This document shows, piece by piece, positions 38,287-48,676 of a stretch of DNA of 64,000 nucleotides. The stretch spans positions 1,536,001-1,600,000 of the forward strand of contig OZ241863.1 of NCBI GenBank assembly GCA_965203055.1, given 5' to 3'. Source of the stretch: Spirochaetia bacterium (GTDB lineage: Bacteria > Spirochaetota > Spirochaetia > SZUA-6 > Bin103). The notes under the pieces are model-generated. The model saw only the letters and a program-made list of their open reading frames with translations. It searched no databases and was not told the origin of the DNA. Made by a program: the position numbers and the translations under genes. Positions within the stretch are counted from its first letter, which is position 1. Every line of letters begins with the position of its first letter.

Positions 38287-39407
38287 TCTCGTTCTCCGAC
38301 GCCGGTGGTATCGGCTACCGGTCTGAATTCTCCACGTTTGCCCAGCGAGCGCTGGATTTCGCGGTCGTAGAGGGACGTGAAGGCTTCGGCAATTGGGCTG
38401 TGTCGGAGCTCGAAGGGCTGTGACGCGGACTCGCAGCTCACTTCGCCGGTCGAGTCCCGGTATAGTGCGTGGAAGCGTACTTCGTCGCCCTCCTCTATGA
38501 GCAGCTCCAACTCCTTCAAGACCGCGTAGTCATGGGTAGCTATCAGGATCTGGACACCCGAGCGTTGCAACTGCAGCAGAATATCGACGACGACGGTCAG
38601 GAGGCCGGGATTGAGATTCGCCTCCGGCTCGTCCCAGAACAGGACCGAGCCGCTCGGCAGTGAGCCGTTGCGAACCAGCAGCCAAAGAAGACCGAGCTTG
38701 CGCAGACCCTCAGCGAGCAACATGAACTCAATCTTGCTGTTGCCGTTCTCGACGAATAATTCCTCTCCTTCATCCGTCACCCTGCCTCCTATCGCGGCCT
38801 CAAGACGCTTCTCGATCCGCCTGACGGCATTCGTCCTCTTACGCAACGGCGGTAGATAGGCGCGGTCTATGATGTCGGAGTAGATCTCCTCTACGTGGAT
38901 CTCATGCTGTTTGTAAAGTGAACGGAATCCTGGTGCATTAGAGAGTATTTCCTTGGCCGGAATGAACGTGCTTTTGACAACCTCTTCGGGCCAATTAAGT
39001 TTCGCAAAGGAGCCCATTCGTCTGGCCTCGTCGGATACGGGAAAACGTAATCTGAGGCTGCCGCGCCACACTTCAACGATTGCTTGACGATCTTCACTTG
39101 GATGTCTTACCAAACGTTGAATACTGTTTCGAGACGGCAAGAAAACTCGAACGAGCTTGTGATAGAAGGGTCCTTCCGGACCCATCACGTAATCGATATT
39201 GGTTGTCTTGAATTCACATGCCGCGTAGGCAACCTTGAGGAGATGCGTCTTACCGGTTCCGTTGGCGCCAATGAATACGTTTATGCCTGGGCCGAGCTTC
39301 AGATCGAGTTGCTCGAACGCCGTGAACCGTTCAAGGACGATGCGCGTCAACGGAGGAGCGTGCTTTGAGCTTGGCAAGCGAGGGGCATTCTTGACTTCAT
39401 TTTGCAT
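38271..39407 (-). CDS. ABC-type AAA ATPase (AAA_15/AAA_21; defence-associated class)
   Basis: GANGTGKT, LAEGLRKL, FWDEPEANLNP, ATHD; lower GC. Confidence 0.85.
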   Translation of the reverse strand: MQNEVKNAPRLPSSKHAPPLTRIVLERFTAFEQLDLKLGPGINVFIGANGTGKTHLLKVAYAACEFKTTNIDYVMGPEGPFYHKLVRVFLPSRNSIQRLVRHPSEDRQAIVEVWRGSLRLRFPVSDEARRMGSFAKLNWPEEVVKSTFIPAKEILSNAPGFRSLYKQHEIHVEEIYSDIIDRAYLPPLRKRTNAVRRIEKRLEAAIGGRVTDEGEELFVENGNSKIEFMLLAEGLRKLGLLWLLVRNGSLPSGSVLFWDEPEANLNPGLLTVVVDILLQLQRSGVQILIATHDYAVLKELELLIEEGDEVRFHALYRDSTGEVSCESASQPFELRHSPIAEAFTSLYDREIQRSLGKRGEFRPVADTTGVGEREWSRA

Positions 39408-39561
39408 ATTTTCTCTCCGGGATCAGCGTAAGATCGGAAGCGCATCGCCTCGGCGAAGATCTCCAGGGCGGCGCCGTGATCGCCTGCTCCCAGGGCGACA
39501 ACGCCACCGCCACCCTGGGCGGAGAAGCGCATGTGGTTGGCGGTTTCACCGGGTGTGTCCG

Positions 39562-40983
39562 TCAGGCGTAGATGTCATTGCGCCACGCCGGATCGATCTC
39601 GGAGTGGGCCGCCAGCCGCGCGCGGAACAGGGATCGGATCTCGCGCAGCCGCGCTTCGGTCCCGGCTTCGAAGATGAGCACCAGCTCCGGCAGGTTGGAG
39701 GAGGCGCGCACCAAGCCCCAGCCATCCCCGAAGTCGACCCGGGCGCCGTTGATGTCGTTCACCCGAGCGCCGAACTCGCGCTTGAAGTCGGCCACCAGCG
39801 CGTCCACCACGCGGTACTTGTGGTCGTCGGCGCAGGGCGCGGCAATCTCGGGGGAGGTGAGGTAGGGCGGGGTGCCGGCCACCAGCGCCGACAGGGTCTC
39901 TCCGCTCGCCGCCAGCACCTCCAGCAGGCGCGCGCCGGCATAGAGGGCGTCGTCGAAGCCGTAGTATCCCTCCCGGTAGAAGATGTGGCCGCTGCGTTCG
40001 CCGGCCAGCGCGGCCCCGGTCTCGTGCAGCTTGGCCTTGATGTGGGAGTGGCCGGTCTTCCACATCACCGGGCGCCCGCCGCGGGCGGTGATCTCCTCCT
40101 CCAGGCCGCGCGTGCACTTGACGTCGTACACGACCGCGGCGCCCGCCCGGCGCTGCAGTACCTGCCGCGCCAGCAGGATCAGCACCCGGTCGCTCCACAC
40201 GTCCTCGCCGCGCTCATCCATCACCCCGATGCGGTCGCCGTCGCCGTCGAAGGCCAACCCCACGTCGGCGCGGATGTAGGGGTGGGTCACGATCTGCCGC
40301 AGGCGCGCGCGCGCCTTCAGGTCGGACGGGTTGGGGAAGTAGTGGGGGTAGCGGTCGTCGGGGTCGCAGTAGAGCTGAAAGGTGAGGCAGCCCAGGCGCT
40401 GCAGCGCCTCGTAGGCGAACACGCCGGCGCCGCCGTTGCCGCAGTCCACGGCCACCCGCAACGGGCGCTCCAGGCGGGTGCCCGCGGTGACCCGCTCCAG
40501 GTAGGCGTCGCGGGTGTCCGCGCGGCGGCGGCGGCCGTTGCTTCCGCCGCTCTCGCCGGCCGCCGCCAGGCGGTACAACTCGCGCATCTCGGCCGGGCCG
40601 AGCGTGCGCGAATAGCCGTGCGCCAGCTTCATGCCACACCAGTCGCTGGGGTTGTGGCTGGCGGTGATCATCAACCCGGCCGGGCTCTCCAGGTGGTACT
40701 GACTGAAGTAGAGCGCCGGGCTGATGGTCAGGCCGATGTCCACCACCTCCAGGCCCGCGGCCAGCAGGCCGCTGACGGCCGCGTCCTTGAACCCCGGCGA
40801 GGCCGGCCGGTTGTCGTAGCCGACCACGACGCGGTCGTTGCCGCGCGCCAGCAGCAGGCGTCCGAAGGCGTTGGCGATCAGCCGCACCGAGTCGTCCGTG
40901 AGCTCGCCCTCGGCGACGCGGCCGCGCAGGTCGTACTCCCGGAACATGGCCCGGAAGGCGGAATGGTGAACGTCTACCATCAT
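39562..40983 (-). CDS. Phosphomannomutase/phosphoglucomutase
   Basis: FREYDLRG, ITASHNP, FDGDGDR, GERSGH, WGLVRASSN. Confidence 0.95.
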   Translation of the reverse strand: MMVDVHHSAFRAMFREYDLRGRVAEGELTDDSVRLIANAFGRLLLARGNDRVVVGYDNRPASPGFKDAAVSGLLAAGLEVVDIGLTISPALYFSQYHLESPAGLMITASHNPSDWCGMKLAHGYSRTLGPAEMRELYRLAAAGESGGSNGRRRRADTRDAYLERVTAGTRLERPLRVAVDCGNGGAGVFAYEALQRLGCLTFQLYCDPDDRYPHYFPNPSDLKARARLRQIVTHPYIRADVGLAFDGDGDRIGVMDERGEDVWSDRVLILLARQVLQRRAGAAVVYDVKCTRGLEEEITARGGRPVMWKTGHSHIKAKLHETGAALAGERSGHIFYREGYYGFDDALYAGARLLEVLAASGETLSALVAGTPPYLTSPEIAAPCADDHKYRVVDALVADFKREFGARVNDINGARVDFGDGWGLVRASSNLPELVLIFEAGTEARLREIRSLFRARLAAHSEIDPAWRNDIYA

Positions 40984-41019
40984 TGCAGGCGGTTGGGCGC
41001 GGCGGGCCGCGCCGCGGGT

Positions 41020-41511
41020 TCAGCGGCCGGTGGCGGAGCCAAGGCCCATGGCCCGCCGCCAGGCCGCCAACTGGCCCAGATGGTTGGCCTCGTGCGAGGT
41101 CATCAACGGCACGACGTAGTCGCCGACGGTAGGGAACCGCTGCCGCGCCTTCGGGTTGGGGTGCGGCTGCGCGAGCTGCTCCTCGTCAGCCGCGGCCACC
41201 GCCGCCGCCACCCGCTCGTGCTGCGCGGTGAGCTGATCCACAAGCTGCTGCCTGGAGGGATAGTCGGCGGCGTTGCCGCTGGGGGTGCCGCCGGGCCGGC
41301 TGGCCTCGCGCCACGCCTCGGGAAAGGTGGACTCCTGACCTAGCACCTGGGCCAGGTTGTCGGCCACCGCCGCCAGATGGCCCAACGTCCAGGCCGGGTG
41401 ATTGATCACTCCGCCGGGCTGTTGAACCATCTGCTCGTCGCTGAGGTCCTGCACCTGCAGCCCCGCGACCTTGAGGTTCATCGCGTAGGTGCGCAGCACG
41501 TATTGCAACAT
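41020..41511 (-). CDS. DinB family protein
   Basis: NHPAWTLGHL and HEANHLGQL His triad; SD GGAG before ATG 41511. Confidence 0.85.
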   Translation of the reverse strand: MLQYVLRTYAMNLKVAGLQVQDLSDEQMVQQPGGVINHPAWTLGHLAAVADNLAQVLGQESTFPEAWREASRPGGTPSGNAADYPSRQQLVDQLTAQHERVAAAVAAADEEQLAQPHPNPKARQRFPTVGDYVVPLMTSHEANHLGQLAAWRRAMGLGSATGR

Positions 41512-41616
41512 GAGGTCTCCTTGTATCGAGTATCGAGAGTAGAGAACGTTGCGGACAATATACCGCGATTCCGCGCGAGCTTGCACGGAGCGTCATGCCG
41601 GTGCATGCTGCCGGCC

Positions 41617-42747
41617 ATGGCACTACTTCGGGCCGCGGTCATTGGACTGGGGCGGATCGGCAGCACCTTCGACGACGAGATCACCCGCGGCGGCACGTTC
41701 TTCCTTCCCTACTGTCACGCGCCGGCGTACGCGGAGTCGCCGCTGGTGGAACTGGTCGCGGGCGCGGATCTCAATGCGCAGCAACGCGCGTGGTTCGCGG
41801 AGCGCTGGGGACTGGGCGAGGAGCACGTCTACGCCGATTACCGGGAGATGCTGCAACGCGAGCAGCCGGACTTGGTCAGCGTGTGCACCAGCGCGCGGCC
41901 GCGCGCCGCCATCATCGAGGCGGTGGCGCGGGCCGGCGTGCGCGGCATCTGGGCGGAAAAGCCGATCGCGGTGAGCCTGGCGGAGGCGGATTCCCTGCTG
42001 CAGGTGTGCCGGGAACACGGCACCAAGGTAGCGGTCAACTGCCACCGGCGCTGGAACGCACTGTTCAGGGAGCTCAAGCGCATGCTCGACGCCGGCGAGT
42101 TCGGCCGGCTGCAACAGATCACCGTGCACGGCACCTTCGGCTTGTCCAGCAACGGCAGCCACATGCTCGACACGATGAATTTCCTGGCCGGGAGCCACGT
42201 CGAGTGGGTGTTCGGCGAAATGGAGTCGGATGCCGCCGCCGCCGGCGACGACGATCTGCAGGGCAACGGCTACCTGGCGTACGCCAACGGAGTGCGCGGG
42301 TTCGTACGCAGCATGCCCAGCGGCGCCGCGTTCACCTCATTCGACGTCATTGGCGAGCAGGCGCGCGCCTCAACCGGCGACGACGGGATGAGCTGGCGGC
42401 TGGTACGGCGCGTACCGGGCGACGTCGAGCGGCCCAGCATGCGGCCGCTCTCCAACCGCTTCAGGGGCGCGTTGCCGGTGGAGTATCCGTTTCCGCTGCC
42501 CAACCGCCTCCAGGCCAGCGGGCTGGCCATCGTCGAAGATCTGGCGGCGTGCATCGCCGGCGGCGGTACCCCGCAGTGCTCCGCCGAAGATGCCCGGGCC
42601 GCGCTGGAGATCGCGCTGGCGCTGCGCGAATCGCACCGCCGCGCCGGCCAGCGGGTGAGCCTGCCGCTCGCCGACCGCCGGTTGCGGCTGGTCTCCGGCG
42701 ACACCTTCCAGGACCACACCCCGGCCCGCCTGCGCCCCCGCAAGTAG
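41617..42747 (+). CDS. Gfo/Idh/MocA oxidoreductase
   Basis: AAVIGLGRIG, EKP, NGSHMLD. Confidence 0.9.
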   Translation: MALLRAAVIGLGRIGSTFDDEITRGGTFFLPYCHAPAYAESPLVELVAGADLNAQQRAWFAERWGLGEEHVYADYREMLQREQPDLVSVCTSARPRAAIIEAVARAGVRGIWAEKPIAVSLAEADSLLQVCREHGTKVAVNCHRRWNALFRELKRMLDAGEFGRLQQITVHGTFGLSSNGSHMLDTMNFLAGSHVEWVFGEMESDAAAAGDDDLQGNGYLAYANGVRGFVRSMPSGAAFTSFDVIGEQARASTGDDGMSWRLVRRVPGDVERPSMRPLSNRFRGALPVEYPFPLPNRLQASGLAIVEDLAACIAGGGTPQCSAEDARAALEIALALRESHRRAGQRVSLPLADRRLRLVSGDTFQDHTPARLRPRK

Positions 42748-42775
42748 GCAAGCAGGCAAGCAGGCCGCGGGGGCG

Positions 42776-43777
42776 TTACGCCGGGGGTGGCAGCGATTGC
42801 AACCCGGCCGCGGCCAGGATGGTTTCCTGCACCGCCAGCTCGTGGGCAAAGCTGCGGTCCGGCGGCTGCTCGCCGCGAATCGTGGCCAGGAACGCGCGCA
42901 GGCTCTCGACGTAGCGCGGACGGTTGGTCACCGCCACCTCCTGCCAACCCGCGCCGTAGCCGTCGCGGGCGCGGTCGAGGCACAAGCGCAGCCGGGGCGG
43001 CTCCAGCGGCTCCAGAATGGCGCTGCCGCGGGTGCCGTACACCTCCAGCCGGCGCGCTGCCAGCGGGTCCACCTCGGCGGCCACCGACTCGACTACCGCC
43101 AGCGCCGCAGGATATTCCAGCACCGCCGCGGTGTTGTCGCGGTACCACCGATACTCGGCGCTGTGCTGCCGGGCAAACGGCGTCACCCGGTGCGGGCGCC
43201 CCAGCAACGCCACCACGATGTCGATCACGTGACCGGCCAGAATGAACATGATGCCGCCGGCGCGTTCGCCGCGCGAGTCCCAGCGCTGCCAGTTGTCGGG
43301 ACTCGACGGACGGGTCGAAATACGCGCCCGCACCGAAAGAATCGCGCCCAGCTTGCCGGCGGCCGCCCAATCGATGATGAACTGGAAGCCCGCGTTGTAG
43401 CGAAACATGTAGCCGAGCTGCAGGTGGAGCTTGCGCTCCGCGGCCAGATCGAGCAGCGCGGCGAACGCCTCCAGGTCGTCGCCGGCGGGCTTGTCCAGCC
43501 ACACGTGCTTGCCATGCTCCAGGCAGGCGCGGGCGAACGCCAGGTTCTCCGCCACCCGTCCCTCCACCGCAACCGCCTCGATCGTGGGGTCCTCGAGCAT
43601 CTCTTCGGGGGTGGCGTACCAGTGGGCGCCGGCGTAGGGGGGAGCCGCGCCGAGCGTGGTCCGCAACTGCTCTGACGGTTCGCATACGCCGGCCAACTCC
43701 ACCGCGTCACTCGCGCGCATCACGCGCGCCTTGCCGGCGGCATGATCGTGGCCGATGCCGTACTGTGCCATTCGCAT
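42776..43777 (-). CDS. Gfo/Idh/MocA oxidoreductase
   Basis: YGIGHDHA, GKHVWLDKP, GYMFRYN, GHVIDIV, EVYGTRG. Confidence 0.9.
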   Translation of the reverse strand: MRMAQYGIGHDHAAGKARVMRASDAVELAGVCEPSEQLRTTLGAAPPYAGAHWYATPEEMLEDPTIEAVAVEGRVAENLAFARACLEHGKHVWLDKPAGDDLEAFAALLDLAAERKLHLQLGYMFRYNAGFQFIIDWAAAGKLGAILSVRARISTRPSSPDNWQRWDSRGERAGGIMFILAGHVIDIVVALLGRPHRVTPFARQHSAEYRWYRDNTAAVLEYPAALAVVESVAAEVDPLAARRLEVYGTRGSAILEPLEPPRLRLCLDRARDGYGAGWQEVAVTNRPRYVESLRAFLATIRGEQPPDRSFAHELAVQETILAAAGLQSLPPPA

Positions 43778-43783
43778 CTCTTG

Positions 43784-43789
43784 ATTATA
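43784..43789 (-). promoter_or_regulatory. -10 box TATAAT 6 nt upstream of ATG 43777 (leaderless)
   Basis: Minus strand reads TATAAT CAAGAG ATG. Confidence 0.6.
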
Positions 43790-43846
43790 AACCATGCGCG
43801 GGTAAGATGGCGTACACCGAAACCGCTCCCAAGCGAGGAGGTCGCC

Positions 43847-44797
43847 ATGCCCAAGACCAGCGGTCAAGCTCCCTTCGCGTTCTCGCTGTGCGAGGACCTG
43901 TACACCCTGCCGGAAGCGGCCCGGGCCTGCGAGGTGAACCTCCACGGCGGCTTTGCCGTGGACCCGAACCCCGGCGGGCGCATCTACTACGGGATGCCGG
44001 GCTGCGGTCTGATGTCCATTGCGCACGACCTGCGCAGCCAGGAGATCATCGAGCTGCCCTCCGATCTGAAGCCGGTCAACTTCCACGCCACCACCATGAT
44101 GGAGTTCGACGGCAAGCGGCGGCTGGTGCTGCCGGCCAACAACGACGCCAAGGTGGTGGTGATCGGCCTGGACGGTACCGTGGATTACGTGCTCGCGCGG
44201 CCCGAGTTCGACGAATACCGGGACTCCGAGACGCCGTTCAACCCCACCGACGCCGCCTACGCCGCCGGGACCCTCTACGTAGCCGACGGTTACGGCGCCA
44301 ACTACATCTCCACCGCCGACCCGCGGCGCCGCACGTGGCAGGAGCTGTTCGGAGGCAAGACCGACGACCCCTCGGCCAAGGGATTGTTCGGCACCGCCCA
44401 CGGCTTGGCGGCCCACCCGGACGGCCATCATCTGACGATCGCCGACCGCCCGCATGCCCGCTTCCAGCACTTCAATCACGGCGGCCACTTCCATTCGGCG
44501 CATCCCATTCCGCACGGTTCCAAGCCGTGCGGCATCGACTTTCTGCGTAGCGGCGAGCGCTGGTACGCCCTGGTCGGCAGCCTCGACGATCCGCAGGAGG
44601 GGAGGGCGGCGCCGATCTACGTCCTGGACGCCATCACCTACCAGGTGGTGTCTACCGTGCGCCCCAAGGAGGAACTGGGCGTGGAGCTGGCCGATCACAT
44701 TCACAACGCGGTGTGGTACCGGAACGCCGGCCATCTCTATCTGATCTGCCAGGCGTGGAATCCCGGCCACTACTTCGTGCTGGTTCAGGAAGGGTAG
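43847..44797 (+). CDS. NHL-repeat/beta-propeller protein
   Basis: PTDAA..LYVADGYG.NYI, FGTAHGL, LTIADR..R repeats; SD GAGGAG. Confidence 0.75.
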   Translation: MPKTSGQAPFAFSLCEDLYTLPEAARACEVNLHGGFAVDPNPGGRIYYGMPGCGLMSIAHDLRSQEIIELPSDLKPVNFHATTMMEFDGKRRLVLPANNDAKVVVIGLDGTVDYVLARPEFDEYRDSETPFNPTDAAYAAGTLYVADGYGANYISTADPRRRTWQELFGGKTDDPSAKGLFGTAHGLAAHPDGHHLTIADRPHARFQHFNHGGHFHSAHPIPHGSKPCGIDFLRSGERWYALVGSLDDPQEGRAAPIYVLDAITYQVVSTVRPKEELGVELADHIHNAVWYRNAGHLYLICQAWNPGHYFVLVQEG

Positions 44798-44827
44798 CGC
44801 TTGGCGGCCGGAATTGCCCTCCCGGCT

Positions 44828-45535
44828 TCACCACTCCGCGCTCAACCTGCCTCCGCCGGCCGGCGCCGCCGCGGGCGTAACGGCGTCGGCCTCGTCGTAG
44901 GCATGATGGTTGACGCGCGGCGTCACCCGATATCTGCGCAGCGGCGCCTGGCTCGGGCGCAGCAGGGCGCGCAACGCTTCCGGCGGCGTAGCCGCGTCGA
45001 GCCACGGCTCCCACTCGGCGGCGGACAGCAGGGCCGGCATCCGCTCGTGGAGCTCGGCCACCGGCGCGCGCGCCGGCACCGTAATGATGGTGCAACTCGG
45101 TATCGGAGGGTGAGCATCTCGCTGCCACCGGTCGTGCAGTCCGGCGAAGGCCATCGGGCCGTCCGCGTCGAGGGTGAAGTAACAGGGTTGGCGCAGGCTC
45201 CCCTCGCGTTGCCATTCGAAGAAGCCGCTGGCCGGTACCAGGCAGCGGCTGCGCGCAAACGGGCGCCGAAACACGGGCCGCGCCGCCACGCTCTCCGCGC
45301 GCGCGTTGATGAGCGGCGCGCGGCGTTCGTCGGGCGCGGACCACGCGGCCGGCACCAGGCCCCAACGCACCAGCCGCAGGCGCCGCGCGCCGCCTTCGGC
45401 GACGATTATCGGAACCTCCTGGGTAGGCGCGATGTTGTAGCGCGGCACCGGCGGCGGGGAGGCGGCGTCACGCTCGACGCCGTAGGCGGCGAGCAACTCG
45501 TCGGCGTCAGCAGCCAGTGCGTAGCGGCCGCACAT
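44828..45535 (-). CDS. SOS response-associated peptidase (SRAP/YedK/HMCES), abasic-site protection
   Basis: N-terminal MCGRY, YNIAPTQ, INARAES, RCLVPASGFFEW, HERMP. Confidence 0.93.
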   Translation of the reverse strand: MCGRYALAADADELLAAYGVERDAASPPPVPRYNIAPTQEVPIIVAEGGARRLRLVRWGLVPAAWSAPDERRAPLINARAESVAARPVFRRPFARSRCLVPASGFFEWQREGSLRQPCYFTLDADGPMAFAGLHDRWQRDAHPPIPSCTIITVPARAPVAELHERMPALLSAAEWEPWLDAATPPEALRALLRPSQAPLRRYRVTPRVNHHAYDEADAVTPAAAPAGGGRLSAEW

Positions 45536-45664
45536 GGCGCCAGTGTGGCGCAGGCCGCGCCGGGCGGTCAAACTTCACCGCCCGGCGCCGCGGACCGATA
45601 AACAGAGGGTGAGGCCCAGCATGCGAGGTACGCCGGCGCGCGCCGCTCCCGCGGTGGTTCGCCG

Positions 45665-46645
45665 GTGAACGCCAAGCGCACCGCGGCCCAGGTACCTCAG
45701 GCCCGCCTGGTGGTGTTCCTGGTGACGATGATCGTGGTGCTCACCGGAATCCTCGTCGGTCTCCTGCTGCGGCCGCCGCAATCCGGCGCCGGCGAAGGCG
45801 CTGCGGCGGCGCGGCGGCCGGCCGCGCCGAGCCGCGCGGCCCTGCCAATGGGGCCGGAGTTCGAGCCGCCGGCGCCGCGTTCCGAACCATCCCCCGCGCC
45901 CCCGCGGTCACCTGCCAAGGGGCCGCAGTTGGCTATCGTGATCGACGACGCCGGCAACAACTTGCAGGAACTGGACCCGTTTCTGCGCTTCCCGGCGCCC
46001 CTGACCTTCGCCGTTCTCCCGCAACTCCGCCACTCCGCGGGAGCGGCCGAGCTGGTGCGTTCCCACGGTCACGAAGTGATTCTGCACCTGCCGATGGCCG
46101 CGGTCAGCGGCCTCTATCCCGGCCCCGGAACCATCTCCGCGGAACTCTCCGACGCCGAGATTCGGTACCTTCTGGAGCGCAACTTCGCCTCCATTGCCGG
46201 AGCGGAGGGCACCAACAACCACATGGGCTCGGCCGGCACTTCGGATCCGCGCGTCATGGATACGGTGATGGCGCACCTTGCGGCGCTGGACAAGTTCTTC
46301 GTCGACAGCCGGACCACGCCCACCAGCGTGGCCGCTCCCTATGCCGCCAAGTACGGCGTCCCGTTCATGCAGCGCGACGTGTTTCTGGACCATGACCGCG
46401 ACCCGCAGGCGATCCGCGCGGCGCTGCAGGACGGACTCGAGGTCGCCCGGACGCAGGGCCACGCGGTGTTGATCGGCCACGCCTCGGTGGCCGCGGTGGC
46501 CGAGGCGCTGTTCGAGGTGGTTCCCTACCTCGAACGCCACGGCTACGAGGTGGTGCCGTTGTCCGCGCTGTTCCCTCCCGGCGGCGCCGACCGGCTCGCC
46601 AACCGGGCCGGCGGCGGGCTGCGCGGCGCCGCTGCCGGCCCGTGA
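45665..46645 (+). CDS. Divergent polysaccharide deacetylase (YibQ-like)
   Basis: N-terminal transmembrane segment, IVIDDAG, HLPM, NNHMGS, DSRT, RDVFLD, IGH. Confidence 0.9.
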   Translation: MNAKRTAAQVPQARLVVFLVTMIVVLTGILVGLLLRPPQSGAGEGAAAARRPAAPSRAALPMGPEFEPPAPRSEPSPAPPRSPAKGPQLAIVIDDAGNNLQELDPFLRFPAPLTFAVLPQLRHSAGAAELVRSHGHEVILHLPMAAVSGLYPGPGTISAELSDAEIRYLLERNFASIAGAEGTNNHMGSAGTSDPRVMDTVMAHLAALDKFFVDSRTTPTSVAAPYAAKYGVPFMQRDVFLDHDRDPQAIRAALQDGLEVARTQGHAVLIGHASVAAVAEALFEVVPYLERHGYEVVPLSALFPPGGADRLANRAGGGLRGAAAGP

Positions 46646-47652
46646 CCGTTCTCGGCATCGAGACCTCCTGCGACGAGTGCGCCGCGGCGGTGGTGGTCGA
46701 CGGCGTCGAGCTGCGCAGCAACGTAGTCTACTCCCAGATCGAGGAACATCGCCGCTATCAGGGCGTGGTCCCCGAAATCGCCAGCCGCAAGCACGTGGAG
46801 TGGATCGATGGGGTAGTCGCGCACGCGCTGCGCGCCGCCGCCGTCGACCTGGATAAGATAGACGCGGTGGCGGTGACCACCCGTCCGGGTCTGATCGGCT
46901 CGCTGCTGGTAGGACTCTCGTATGCCAAGGGGCTGGCGTTGGCGCGCGAGCTGCCGTTGATCGCGGTGGATCACGTCCAGGCCCATCTCTACGCCCCGCA
47001 CATGGAGCGCGATCTCTCCTATCCCTATATCGGGCTGCTGTTGTCGGGCGGGCACACGCTGATCGCCGAAGTGCGCGCCTTCGACCGCATCGAGGTGCTC
47101 GGAGCTACCATCGACGACGCCTGCGGCGAGGCGTTCGACAAGGTGGCCAAGTACTTCGCCATGGGCTATCCCGGCGGCGTCGCCATCCAGCGGCTGGCCG
47201 CCGGCGGCGAGGCCGCGGCGTACCGCTTTCCCCGCCCGTCGCTGCGCAAGGGAGATCACCGCTTCGACGTCTCTTATTCGGGACTCAAGACCGCGGTGAT
47301 CCATCAGCGGGAGCAGTTTCGCGATCCCGCGTATCCGGCCACGCCGGCCAACCTGGCGGCCGCCTTTCAGCAGACCGCGGTCGACATCGTGGTGGACAAG
47401 GCGCTCCTGGCCAGCCGCGAGACCGGCATCGACTGCGTGGTCGCCGCCGGCGGGGTGGCCGCCAACACCTACCTGCGCCGGCGCCTGGACCGGGAACCGG
47501 TGCGTACCGTGTACCCCAGCCTGGCGCTGTGCACCGACAACGCGGCGATGATCGCCGGTCTCGGCTACCATCTGCTCGCCCGCGGCGAGCGCAGCACGCT
47601 TGAGGTCAGCGCCCGCGCGCGGGTAGGGGAGTTCCGCGCCCGCTACCCCTGA
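46642..47652 (+). CDS. tsaD: tRNA t6A biosynthesis protein TsaD
   Basis: LGIETSCDE, HVQAH, SGGHT, DDACGEAFDK, CTDNAAMI. Confidence 0.97.
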   Translation: MTVLGIETSCDECAAAVVVDGVELRSNVVYSQIEEHRRYQGVVPEIASRKHVEWIDGVVAHALRAAAVDLDKIDAVAVTTRPGLIGSLLVGLSYAKGLALARELPLIAVDHVQAHLYAPHMERDLSYPYIGLLLSGGHTLIAEVRAFDRIEVLGATIDDACGEAFDKVAKYFAMGYPGGVAIQRLAAGGEAAAYRFPRPSLRKGDHRFDVSYSGLKTAVIHQREQFRDPAYPATPANLAAAFQQTAVDIVVDKALLASRETGIDCVVAAGGVAANTYLRRRLDREPVRTVYPSLALCTDNAAMIAGLGYHLLARGERSTLEVSARARVGEFRARYP

Positions 47653-47689
47653 CCGGTCGGCCGGCGGCGGCGCGCGCAACCGCGCCCCC

Positions 47690-48619
47690 TCAGTGCTCCC
47701 GCGCCGCCTCCCGCGCCCACGCCAGGTGCTGCACCGAGATGTCGTTGGGCACCGTGCAGCCGGCGCCGATCATGAACCCGGCGTCGCCCATCTCAGCCAG
47801 CGCAGCGCCCACCTCGGCGGCGATCGCGTCCCGCGGCCCGTCCACGATGGGGCCGCGCTCGTCGAGGCCGCCGATGATCGGCCGCTGGAACAAAGCGCGG
47901 CCCTCGCTCAGGCTCGGGTTGTCGTTCTGCGGCGCCCAGTTGACCGTGTGGCCGGGATAGTCGCGGAAGTCCTCCAGGCGCAGCCCGCGCCCGCACACGT
48001 GCAGGACGTTGCAGGTCGCGCCGGCCGCGGTCGCCGCCTCCAGCACCGTCAGGTCGTGCGGCTTGAGGTAGGCGGCGTGCTCCTCGGCGGTGAAGCGGTC
48101 GCCGTCGCCGCCTTGCGCCGAGAAGTAGATGCCGGCGGCGCCCGCTTCGATGCAGGCCGCGGCGAACCCGGCCAGGCTCGCGGCGATGGCCGCCAGCCCG
48201 GCCGACACCGCCTCCGGGTCCGCCTTGAGGTGCTCGGTGACCCTGTTGCCGCTGATCTTGTTGCCGGTGGCATAGGGGTTGAAGATGGTGCTGGCCATCA
48301 GCACCTCGCCGCCCAGCGTGTCCACCAGCTCGCGCAGGCCGCTGAGCTGCGCCTGATACGCGGCCGATGACTGCGGCGCCGGCTCCAGCCGGCGCCAATC
48401 CGCTGGCGATTCGATAGCGTCGACGCCGACCGGCTCGTAGCCGTTGTCGTTCATCACCTTCAACAGATCCGGGTCGGCGGCGCGGTAGTAGTCGAGGTGC
48501 GCCTGGGCCATCGCGTGCCCGGCGGCGTTGGCGGCAGGGAAGTGAAACCAGAATCCGGCCGGCACCCGGTCCGGGCGTTCACCTCGCAGCATCGCCTGCA
48601 TGCGTTCGATCTTGTTCAT
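47690..48619 (-). CDS. Uroporphyrinogen decarboxylase (URO-D/MtaA-CmuA) family protein
   Basis: DRVPAGFWFHF, LHVCG, IGAGCTVP; exact function uncertain. Confidence 0.8.
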   Translation of the reverse strand: MNKIERMQAMLRGERPDRVPAGFWFHFPAANAAGHAMAQAHLDYYRAADPDLLKVMNDNGYEPVGVDAIESPADWRRLEPAPQSSAAYQAQLSGLRELVDTLGGEVLMASTIFNPYATGNKISGNRVTEHLKADPEAVSAGLAAIAASLAGFAAACIEAGAAGIYFSAQGGDGDRFTAEEHAAYLKPHDLTVLEAATAAGATCNVLHVCGRGLRLEDFRDYPGHTVNWAPQNDNPSLSEGRALFQRPIIGGLDERGPIVDGPRDAIAAEVGAALAEMGDAGFMIGAGCTVPNDISVQHLAWAREAAREH

Positions 48620-48676
48620 CGCCGGCCAGCATAGCACAAGCCCCGCGAGCGGCGTAACTCCGGCCGAGTACTCGCC

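Noticed and set aside
39347..39532. 61-aa ORF upstream of the AAA ATPase
   Set aside because: No recognisable family, and it overlaps the ATPase start; possibly a gene remnant, so not called as a feature.
42741..42765. Short tandem CAAG(T/C)AGG repeat, and the 15-bp MEMAG duplication at ~19982-20013
   Set aside because: Only 2-3 copies, in an intergenic gap or a linker; no evidence of function.
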